Assembly: GCA_002709075.1 (NCBI GenBank)
Contig: PAPV01000014.1
Coordinates: 479-64,478 of the forward strand
Direction: 5' to 3'
Origin: Rhodospirillaceae bacterium
GTDB taxonomy: Bacteria; Pseudomonadota; Alphaproteobacteria; MPNO01; UBA2964
Length of the DNA stretch: 64,000 nucleotides
This document shows, in pieces, positions 40,849-48,954 of this stretch (positions within the stretch are counted from its first letter, which is position 1; every line of letters starts with the position of its first letter). Under the pieces are notes generated by a model that was not told the origin of the DNA, made no database searches, and saw only the letters and a list, made by a program, of their open reading frames with translations. Position numbers and translations under genes: made by a program.

Positions 40849-41337
40849 TTGGCACTTAAGAAAAAAGTAAATGTTATTAACTGCGAAGATAAGAAGTTGA
40901 GTGACTCCTCCAAAAATTCTAATAAATACATTTTGGAAAAACAAGTGGGACATTTACTTCGTCGTGCCCATCAGCGTCATACTTGGATTTTCCAGAAAAG
41001 AATTGGCGACAGGAGTTTGACACCGGTTCAATTCGCTGCTTTGGTGAAACTCAATGTTTTGGGGGAAGTGTCTCAAAATCAACTTGGCCGAAACACCGCT
41101 ATGGATGCATCGACAATGCAAGGTGTTATTAAACGTCTTGCATCACGTGGGTTAATAGAGAGAAAAGCTGACCCTAACGATCGTCGTAGATTACTTTTGA
41201 GTCTGAGTGAGGAGGGTAAAAAAGTTCTGGAATTGGCAATTCCGTCAGGCCGAATCATAACAAATTCTACTCTCTCGCCTCTTTCTGACGATGAGCAAAA
41301 AACACTTATAGCATTGTTAAAAAAAATCTCATATTAA
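40849..41337 (+). CDS. MarR family transcriptional regulator
   Basis: 162 aa; LTPVQFAALVKL, winged-helix RLASRGLIERKADPNDRR; TTG start (another in-frame TTG lies ~45 nt downstream). Confidence 0.8.
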   Translation: MALKKKVNVINCEDKKLSDSSKNSNKYILEKQVGHLLRRAHQRHTWIFQKRIGDRSLTPVQFAALVKLNVLGEVSQNQLGRNTAMDASTMQGVIKRLASRGLIERKADPNDRRRLLLSLSEEGKKVLELAIPSGRIITNSTLSPLSDDEQKTLIALLKKISY

Positions 41338-41592
41338 GTTTGTCTTCAGCGTTAATTTTAAAACCAAATATAGTTGTTTAGATATTCCATGTTTCAATCA
41401 TGTTATTTCTTATGGTTAAAAATATAAGCAAAATTAAAAATGACAATCGATGTTTTTGTTGTGAGGTAGTTTGAAAAAAAATTTAAACGAGCAACTATTA
41501 GGGAAGTAAATTTTTTCAATCATAAATATACTTAAACCGAAGAACTTAGTCGCATATGAAGGTTATTTGACCAATGTTTAAACTTTTTTCTA

Positions 41593-42618
41593 TTAGATAA
41601 TTGTCCAAGTTCTACCATTGTGCATAAGGTTAGTTACGGTCATTGGGGAAGTTTGTTTTGTTGCTTCCTGAATTTGCAGATGAACAGCTTCTTCATAGGT
41701 TTTGTTCGGATTAGCATATATTACACCCATTGCCACAGGCCATTTCGGCGCTTGCATTTTCGCTAGCATAGAAGCGAGGACGCGATTTGTTCTGTCGTGA
41801 ACTAAAATATCTGTTTTTTTAACACCCTTGGGTCCAATAGTTACTATTTCAAGCTCGAGTTTTTCTTTATTAAGACGAAGTCCCTTTTCAGCGTCCTTTC
41901 CAAAAATAAGTGGTTTTCCGTGTTCGCAGAAAATTTGACCATCACTGCTGTTATTTTTTTCTGTGAAGGAAGAAAACACACCATCATTATAAACAATACA
42001 ATTTTGTAAAATTTCAACTAATGCAGCACCTTTGTGAGCTTTCGCCTCTGCTAATATATTTGGCAGGAGTTTTTGATCGGTATCGACACCACGAGCAACA
42101 AAAGTTGCATTGCAACCCATAGCAAATTGACAAGCAGATACTGGTGAGTCAATAGATCCTGTCGGTGTAGATGGCGATTTGGTGCCAATATCAGAGGTTG
42201 GGGAATATTGTCCTTTAGTTAGGCCGTATATCGAATTGTTGAATAAAAGAATTTGTAGGTCAATATTTCGTCGCAGTGCATGCAAAGTATGGTTGCCGCC
42301 AATAGATAGCATATCTCCGTCTCCACCGATTACCCAGACGTCGAGGTCAGGATTGCTTAATTTCACACCAGTCGCTACCGCAGGTGCTCTTCCGTGGATT
42401 GTATGAAAACCATATGTCTCCATGTAATAAGGAAATCGCGCAGCGCAGCCGATGCCAGAGATAAAGACGGTTTTAGCAGGGTCAGCTCCGTTATCTGAAA
42501 GTGCGCGCTGAACTCCCTTTAGAATGGCATAATCGCCGCAACCTGGACACCAACGAACTTCTTGATCGGAAGCAAAATCATTCGGTTTGAGTTCTTTATG
42601 TGGACTTTCATTTTTCAC
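41593..42618 (-). CDS. korB: 2-oxoglutarate/2-oxoacid:ferredoxin oxidoreductase beta subunit (TPP-binding)
   Basis: WCPGCGDYAIL, GGDGD, IYGLTKGQ motifs; ATGA-type 4-nt overlap with korA. Confidence 0.85.
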   Translation of the reverse strand: MKNESPHKELKPNDFASDQEVRWCPGCGDYAILKGVQRALSDNGADPAKTVFISGIGCAARFPYYMETYGFHTIHGRAPAVATGVKLSNPDLDVWVIGGDGDMLSIGGNHTLHALRRNIDLQILLFNNSIYGLTKGQYSPTSDIGTKSPSTPTGSIDSPVSACQFAMGCNATFVARGVDTDQKLLPNILAEAKAHKGAALVEILQNCIVYNDGVFSSFTEKNNSSDGQIFCEHGKPLIFGKDAEKGLRLNKEKLELEIVTIGPKGVKKTDILVHDRTNRVLASMLAKMQAPKWPVAMGVIYANPNKTYEEAVHLQIQEATKQTSPMTVTNLMHNGRTWTII

Positions 42619-44489
42619 TTTAAATTCTCCAATCGAGTCCTAATTTGGGCTTCAAGATCTGCTACTTTAAAAGGTTTACCATTAATTTGTGTAAATGACT
42701 CTGCTGCGATTAAATATTCAGCTTTTAAAAGTTTTACAAGTTGTCCATTATTTATTTCAGGGACTAGAATTTTTTCAAAATTTGAAAGCAGTTTGAATAT
42801 ATTTTTCGGCATGGGCCATATATGCCGGATATGCAATTGTGATACTTGTAACCCATCAGAACGACAACGGCGAACAGCTTGTTCGATCGCACCAAACGTT
42901 GACCCCCAACCCACAACAAGTAATTTTCCGGACTCCGCACCATTTGCGATTTCTTGATCGGGTATGTCATTGCTTATATTATTGATTTTTGCCGCACGAA
43001 CTTTTGTCATCTTGTGATGATTATCAGCATCGTAAGAAATATTTCCAGAATCATAATCTTTTTCAATTCCGCCTATGCGGTGCTCTAAACCCGGGGTTCC
43101 GGGCACCACCCACGGACGAGCAAGTGTTTGTTCATTACGATTATAAGGCTGAAAATCTGTTTTTTCGGTGTGAAAACTTACCGGAAACTCTTTAATATTC
43201 TCAACGTCTGGAATGCGCCACGGCTCGGCCGCATTCGCAAGATATCCTTCGTTTAAAAACATTACAGGTGTCATGTATTTAGTGGCTAATCGAACCGCCT
43301 CGACTGCGCACTCAAAGCAGTCTGATGGTGTAGATGCAGAAATAACCGGCATTGGTGTATCGCCGTTTCGTCCCCAAACGGCTTGTAGTAGATCAGACTG
43401 CTCCGTCTTGGTAGGCATACCTGTGGATGGCCCTGCTCTTTGAAAATTTATTATAACAAGTGGGAGTTCTGTCGAAACCGCTAGTCCCATAGCTTCCGTC
43501 TTAAGTGCAATACCGGGCCCGGAACTTGATGTAATACCCAAGCATCCGGAGAAGGATGCTCCAATAGCTGCGCAAATCGCAGATATTTCATCCTCTGCCT
43601 GAAATGTAATTACTCCATGTTCGCGCAGATTGCTGAGTGAATGTAAAAGGGGAGAGGCAGGGGTTATAGGGTATGAACCAAAAAATAATTTTAAACCAGT
43701 TTTTTCGGCGCCGGCAAGCAGGCCCCATGTTGTTGTTTCTATTCCTGTTACGGCGCGATAAATTCCAGGTTTTTTTTCTGCTTTTGGAACAATAAAGGTG
43801 GCTAAATCAGCTGAAATTTCAGCCGTTTCTCCATAAGAATGGCCTGCATTTAGAGCTGCTACATTTGCTTTAGCAATATTAGGACGGTCAGAAAAACGCG
43901 ACTCAAGCCATTCTAAAGTAGACTGCCTCTCTCGACCATACATCCAACACATTAAACCTAGTGTCCAGATATTTTTACAGCGAAGAGCATCGCGTTTGCT
44001 AAGGCCGAGGCCTTCCACGGAAGCAAGAGTAAGTTTTGATATATCAATTTTTATAGAACGAAAAAACTCAAGTGTATTATCTTCCAAAGGGTCTGTATCG
44101 TAACCGGCTTTTTTAATATTTCGCGGATTAAATGTACCCGTATTAACAATTACTAATCCGCTTGATGCTAAATCTGAGAGATGCACTTTTAATGCTGCTG
44201 GGTTCATAGCAACCAAAACATCAGGCCTGTCACCTGGGGTTTTAATACTATGCGAGGCAAAGTTTATTTGAAATGCTGAAACACCAAAAGTTGTTCCGAC
44301 CGGGGCACGTATTTCTGCTGGAAAATCCGGAAAAGTTGAAAGGTCATTACCCATCAGTGCTGTTGATTGCGTGAATTGAGTTCCCGTTAACTGCATACCA
44401 TCGCCGGAATCACCCGCAAAACGTATCACTACAGAGTCTAGAATCTCTCTTCCTTTGAAATTCGTGTCCAATTTTGTTGCCATTTTCAT
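42615..44489 (-). CDS. korA: 2-oxoglutarate/2-oxoacid:ferredoxin oxidoreductase alpha subunit (fused gamma-alpha)
   Basis: 624 aa; FAGDSGDGMQLTG, FPAEIRAP N-terminal gamma-type domain then pyruvate:flavodoxin OR core domains. Confidence 0.85.
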   Translation of the reverse strand: MKMATKLDTNFKGREILDSVVIRFAGDSGDGMQLTGTQFTQSTALMGNDLSTFPDFPAEIRAPVGTTFGVSAFQINFASHSIKTPGDRPDVLVAMNPAALKVHLSDLASSGLVIVNTGTFNPRNIKKAGYDTDPLEDNTLEFFRSIKIDISKLTLASVEGLGLSKRDALRCKNIWTLGLMCWMYGRERQSTLEWLESRFSDRPNIAKANVAALNAGHSYGETAEISADLATFIVPKAEKKPGIYRAVTGIETTTWGLLAGAEKTGLKLFFGSYPITPASPLLHSLSNLREHGVITFQAEDEISAICAAIGASFSGCLGITSSSGPGIALKTEAMGLAVSTELPLVIINFQRAGPSTGMPTKTEQSDLLQAVWGRNGDTPMPVISASTPSDCFECAVEAVRLATKYMTPVMFLNEGYLANAAEPWRIPDVENIKEFPVSFHTEKTDFQPYNRNEQTLARPWVVPGTPGLEHRIGGIEKDYDSGNISYDADNHHKMTKVRAAKINNISNDIPDQEIANGAESGKLLVVGWGSTFGAIEQAVRRCRSDGLQVSQLHIRHIWPMPKNIFKLLSNFEKILVPEINNGQLVKLLKAEYLIAAESFTQINGKPFKVADLEAQIRTRLENLK

Positions 44490-44535
44490 CCCTTATCTCC
44501 GATCTTTTTTGTGAATGGTCTCACTGATCAGTAGA

Positions 44536-44558
44536 TTGTTTGTGTACATACAATTATT
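44536..44558 (-). promoter_or_regulatory. 23-bp promoter/operator block upstream of korA (minus-strand reading AATAATTGTATGTACACAAACAA)
   Basis: 22/23 identical to 44670..44692 read on the plus strand; box ends 46 nt upstream of korA ATG; AATAAT is a plausible -10. Confidence 0.6.
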
Positions 44559-44646
44559 CAAATTTCTGATTTTCAATCCAACCTGTCAAGTCTGCTTGGA
44601 ATCAATATTTAAAAAAATGATACATATGTGTTTTTACCTCCTTTGC

Positions 44647-44675
44647 TTGACAGTATTCGCTGCTGATTGAATATT
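44647..44675 (+). promoter_or_regulatory. sigma70-like promoter for the 44739..48320 operon
   Basis: TTGACA (44647-44652), 17-nt spacer, AATATT (44670-44675). Confidence 0.5.
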
Positions 44676-44713
44676 TGTATGTACACAAACAAAAATTATA
44701 TGTACACAAACAA
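44670..44713 (+). promoter_or_regulatory. two direct TGTACACAAACAA boxes (44680-44692, 44701-44713), 21-bp phasing, putative operator
   Basis: Exact 13-mer repeated twice right after the putative -10 and 25 nt upstream of ATG 44739. Confidence 0.6.
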
Positions 44714-44738
44714 ATTGTACCGGGAATTTGGAGGCACC

Positions 44739-46226
44739 ATGGCGCAAATGAGAGAAAATAAAGATGATGGTTTGATACGATGCGATGCTTGTCCAGTGTT
44801 GTGCAGAATTCGTCCTGAAAAGACCGGTGCCTGCAATCGATACGGAAATTTTGAGGGCAAACTTACAAGAGTGGATCCAGTAGTAGTTGTACAAAAAGCG
44901 CTGGATGAAGATTGTGAACTTGTTCCATTTGCGAGAGCATCGGAGGAGTGGGACGGATCTCTGATAAGTCAAGCACCAACATTTTTGACTGGCATTGGAT
45001 CTACTACAACTTATCCTGACTATAAGCCTGCTCCTTTTATTGTGTCGAGCGATCAAGATGGTGTTGATATGGTTACTGTCGTCAGTGAGGGAGTTTTTTC
45101 ATATTGTGGTGTTAAGGTTAAAATCGATACTGATGCTTACATCGGTCCAGAGCCTGCTCCAATTAGAGTAAAAGGCGAGCAGGTTGGTCATGTAACCACC
45201 GCTGAATATGGCAGTCAAATGTTGGCAATTGGCGGTGTACGGCACTTGACCGGAGGAAGTAAAAAAGAAGGTATGGTGACCTGTAACACTATGATGCGAC
45301 TTTGCAATAAAGAACCAGTTGAAATGACTATTGATGGTGGTGCGAATATAATAGTTCAGGGAGGAGAGCCTCCAATTATTAATGGGTTTAAAGAAGAACG
45401 TATGCGGGTAGGGTGTGGCTCAGCAACAGTTGGAATATTTGCACCTCAATGGAAAGACCATGTGGATGAGGTAATAGTCGTAGATGATCATATTACGGCA
45501 GTTTTATCCGAGCATCAGGCGGGACAATTTCTTGATATGCCTCTAGCTGGAATCAGAGTAAGAGGACGTCGTTCTACGCTTGGTCGTTATTTTCAAGTTG
45601 CAGATCATGGGGCAGGTTGGGGAGGAACCGATGTTGAAGATCCATTAGATATAATAGAGAAGATTGATGAAGATATTGCTTGGCCAGGCCTACGATTGTT
45701 GATGGTATCCACAACTGGTCAGGATTCTGCTTGGTATGTTTTAGATGATAATCTCGCACCTCAACCGACTAAAATGCCCCAGGAGGTAAAACTAGTTGTT
45801 GATCGTATTGGTGAAAATTGCGAGCCAGCGTTGTGTACTGTGATGTTCATGGCAGGCGCAGGTGGCTCTTTAAGGGCTGGTGTAACTATTAATCCTGTGC
45901 ACTTAACCCGAAGTGTTCGTGCTTCAGAGACACAAGTAACATGCGGCGGAGCACCTGTATTTGTGTGGCCGGGTGGTGGTATTACTCTTTTGGTGGATGT
46001 GAACCAAATGCCAGATAATTCCTTCGGGTGGGTTCCCACGCCTGCATTAGTTGCTCCCATAGAGTTCACCGTGCGTCGTGATCTTTATGAACGAATTGGA
46101 GGTTATTCTGATAAGGTAAAAAATATTCATGATGTTATTTCTGAACTAGGAAATATTCGATCTGTTCCATGGCGGGAAAATCACCCATGGCCGCCAGAGG
46201 GCATGGCTCGCAAAGATAAGGTGTAA
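44739..46226 (+). CDS. Cys-rich protein of the family commonly auto-annotated as 6-hydroxynicotinate reductase
   Basis: 495 aa from ATG 44739 (GGAGG 4 nt upstream); N-terminal CDACPVLCRIRPEKTGAC cluster motif; family assignment is from memory and unverified. Confidence 0.55.
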   Translation: MAQMRENKDDGLIRCDACPVLCRIRPEKTGACNRYGNFEGKLTRVDPVVVVQKALDEDCELVPFARASEEWDGSLISQAPTFLTGIGSTTTYPDYKPAPFIVSSDQDGVDMVTVVSEGVFSYCGVKVKIDTDAYIGPEPAPIRVKGEQVGHVTTAEYGSQMLAIGGVRHLTGGSKKEGMVTCNTMMRLCNKEPVEMTIDGGANIIVQGGEPPIINGFKEERMRVGCGSATVGIFAPQWKDHVDEVIVVDDHITAVLSEHQAGQFLDMPLAGIRVRGRRSTLGRYFQVADHGAGWGGTDVEDPLDIIEKIDEDIAWPGLRLLMVSTTGQDSAWYVLDDNLAPQPTKMPQEVKLVVDRIGENCEPALCTVMFMAGAGGSLRAGVTINPVHLTRSVRASETQVTCGGAPVFVWPGGGITLLVDVNQMPDNSFGWVPTPALVAPIEFTVRRDLYERIGGYSDKVKNIHDVISELGNIRSVPWRENHPWPPEGMARKDKV

Positions 46227-46231
46227 GAAAA

Positions 46232-47101
46232 ATGTTTGATGGTGCTCAAGTATGCATGCTTCCTGATGGCAAGCGGCTTCATTTGTGCGAAGGACCCATT
46301 GATATCATTCTTGAGGCTTTTGGTCCTCCGAGCGAAATAACTGCAGCCTATAAACGTGCAGAGGTTTGTTTCCTTGATATTCTCTCTACACTAGTTGGTG
46401 AGTTATCTGATTTACGAAAACAGATAGGTGACCCAGAATGCTATCCCGTTGGTCCCGTTGCTAGAAGAATGTTTAACGCTTGTTGGCCTCATCGCAAATG
46501 TTTTGTAACTCCTATGGCAGCTGTAGCAGGTTCTGTGGCAGATGAAGTTTTGACATCATTATCTGCTTCAAAATGTCTTTCAAAAGCATATATCAATAAT
46601 GGGGGTGATATTGCATTTTACTTGGCGAAAGGGGAAAGTTTAACCGCCGGGATTGTAGGTGATTATCATCTTCCCCAGATTAACGCTACGTGTGCTTTTA
46701 CTTCGGATTCGCCTGTCCGTGGGATCGCAACTAGTGGTTGGAAGGGGCGTTCTTTTTCGTTGGGAATCGCGGATACCGTTTCTGTGCTTGCGGAAAATGC
46801 TGCGAAAGCAGATGTGGCAGCTACATTGATAGCTAATGCTGTTGATGTTGATCATCCATCGGTATCTCGTGTTTGTGCTCGTGAATTGGACCCCGATAGT
46901 GATTTAGAGAATCGTGCAGTGACGACAGGGGTAGGAAAACTTGAACCAGAGGTGGTAGAGGAGGCACTTAATCAGGGAGTAAAAACAGCAAAAATTATGC
47001 TTGCATCTGGACTAATTCACGCAGCAGTGTTGATATTAAACAATAAATATAAAATGGTCGGTGATATGCCGGCTGGTTTGTTGGCGGGAGAAAAACAATG
47101 A
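46232..47101 (+). CDS. UPF0280 family protein (ApbE superfamily fold)
   Basis: 289 aa; NNGGDI, GIATSG, ADVAATLIANAV resemble ApbE-fold signatures; 5 nt after upstream stop. Confidence 0.55.
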   Translation: MFDGAQVCMLPDGKRLHLCEGPIDIILEAFGPPSEITAAYKRAEVCFLDILSTLVGELSDLRKQIGDPECYPVGPVARRMFNACWPHRKCFVTPMAAVAGSVADEVLTSLSASKCLSKAYINNGGDIAFYLAKGESLTAGIVGDYHLPQINATCAFTSDSPVRGIATSGWKGRSFSLGIADTVSVLAENAAKADVAATLIANAVDVDHPSVSRVCARELDPDSDLENRAVTTGVGKLEPEVVEEALNQGVKTAKIMLASGLIHAAVLILNNKYKMVGDMPAGLLAGEKQ

Positions 47102-47733
47102 AAAATGTACGGAATATCAAAGATATACAAGTGCCACCTGCTGGTGATTTTGGAGAATTAGTAAAAATTCGCAAATATGTTTTGCATACAGAAGAAGTAC
47201 TACATGAGTTTGGACCGCCCGCTAACCCTCCGCAGTTGCGAGGCTTCATTGCGGCGGTAGCGGCTAATCCTTATGCTGGCGAGTATATTGAAGATCTTAT
47301 ACCTCTGATGGAAGCACTTAAACCATTGGGTTTGCTGATGGCAAAGCGGCTAGCGGACAGTCTTGGTGGAGCGGACAAGATTGTTGCCTATGGAAAATCG
47401 GCGCTGGTAGGTGAAGATGGAGAGCTTGAACATGCAGCACTGTGGCATGAACCAGGAGGCTACGGCATGCGTGAACTGATTAAACCATCAAAAGCCATTG
47501 TGCCATCTACAAAAAAGGTTGCGGGGCCGGGTCGGCCTTTAGATGTCCCTCTTGCTCATGTGAACGCAGCATATGTGCGTAGCCATTTTGATTGTGTAGA
47601 ATGTTGTATCGCTGATGCACCACGTCGTGACGAGGTTGTTTGGGTCCAGGCGATGGCAACTGGTCCTCGAATTTATGATCGGTCTGGTGGTCTATCGGCG
47701 GATGAAATAAAAGGAGAGGATGGATTACGCTAA
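47098..47733 (+). CDS. 'amino acid synthesis' family protein (PF06684/DUF1185), paralog 1
   Basis: 211 aa; YGKSALVGEDGELEHAA, DVPLAHVNAAYVRSHFD, DAPRRDE; ATGA overlap with upstream gene. Confidence 0.7.
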   Translation: MKNVRNIKDIQVPPAGDFGELVKIRKYVLHTEEVLHEFGPPANPPQLRGFIAAVAANPYAGEYIEDLIPLMEALKPLGLLMAKRLADSLGGADKIVAYGKSALVGEDGELEHAALWHEPGGYGMRELIKPSKAIVPSTKKVAGPGRPLDVPLAHVNAAYVRSHFDCVECCIADAPRRDEVVWVQAMATGPRIYDRSGGLSADEIKGEDGLR

Positions 47734-47735
47734 TA

Positions 47736-48320
47736 ATGAGGGTATCTCCTCGTAAAACTCATGTTTCCTGTGAGACCACTTATGTTGATGGAGGGAAAAA
47801 AGCAGAAATTCCCTCACGAAAGGCCGTTGCAATTGCTGTAATTGAAAACCCTTTTGCTAATAAATTTCATAAAAGACTTACTCAACTCGAAAATATTGGT
47901 GAATGGCTTGGGAAATACTTAGGGGAGTTGGCGGTAAATGCAATGAATGCGGCACCAAGTGAAATAGAGAGTTTTGGCAAGGCTGCTATTGTTGGAGAGA
48001 ATGGTGAGTTGGAGCATGCTGCTGCCATTTTGCACCCAAAATTGGGGCAACCTCTCCGTGAGGTGATGGGTGGTGGTCGAGCCCTTGTGCCTTCTGCAAA
48101 AAAATTGGGTGGACCTGGAATTCGTATCGATGTACCACTTGGTCATAAGAACGCAGCCTACGTTCGCAGCCATTTTGACTCAATTGAAGCTGGTTTGCCA
48201 GATGCGCCGCGCGCAAATGAAATTCTCGTGTGCGTAGCAGTGGCGGACTTCGGCAGACCTCATGCCCGGGTTGGCGGATTGAAAAAAGAGGATGTGGTTG
48301 GAAAAGACGGCTTAAAATGA
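47736..48320 (+). CDS. 'amino acid synthesis' family protein (PF06684/DUF1185), paralog 2
   Basis: 194 aa; FGKAAIVGENGELEHAAAILHPKLG, DVPLGHKNAAYVRSHFD, DAPRANE; 2 nt after upstream stop. Confidence 0.75.
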   Translation: MRVSPRKTHVSCETTYVDGGKKAEIPSRKAVAIAVIENPFANKFHKRLTQLENIGEWLGKYLGELAVNAMNAAPSEIESFGKAAIVGENGELEHAAAILHPKLGQPLREVMGGGRALVPSAKKLGGPGIRIDVPLGHKNAAYVRSHFDSIEAGLPDAPRANEILVCVAVADFGRPHARVGGLKKEDVVGKDGLK

Positions 48321-48954
48321 GTTTTTTGTAAATTAACCTGTTCATGTTTTTCTGCTAAAGTAAAAAAATTCAACGTTGAATACAAAAAATCTCTCACGTG
48401 AGTAAAATGCTATTATTGGATTGATAAATTCTTTCCGTGAATGATATGTCATGAGGCCGTTTATCCGACACAACTTAATTCAGTGTGTTATTTAAAAAAG
48501 GTCAATCTATGGTTCAAATGCGCATCGTTTCTTCGTCTGATTTCATTTTTGTATTCCAAGAAAAATTTCGATATTACGTTGATATTCAACGATGAGAGTA
48601 TTGATGTGTTTGCTTCTCTACCCAAAGAGAGTTATTAACAGAACTCCAACAGCGTCATATTGGTTTTAGTGTTTGCCGTGAGATAACTAAGACTCTGGTG
48701 TGTGACCGTCACCATATAAGCAGTGGGTGTGGTGCCTGGAACAGAAACCTCAAAAACATCATATTTGGTTCTTTGATTGAGATGGGCATTTCAAAAAAGT
48801 TTAGTTTAAACATCATTGAAGCCACGGATTTGATACCATCGGAGCTACTTTTTTACAAAAACAATTTCTGCATCATTTTATAACGTCAACTCAAATTATA
48901 AGTTCGACAACTTATTCCACAATATTTAAATGCAAAATACAATATTTTAGATGT

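Noticed and set aside
3034-44738. Long N-terminal extensions in track ORFs (rpoZ 3034, recO 9537, bpt 13558, cupin 19902, SDR 28994, ligase 28947, reductase-like 44667)
   Set aside because: Family N-termini align with internal ATG or GTG codons that have better RBS context. The extensions are AT-rich read-through of intergenic DNA. In the 44667 case the extension covers the operator repeats.
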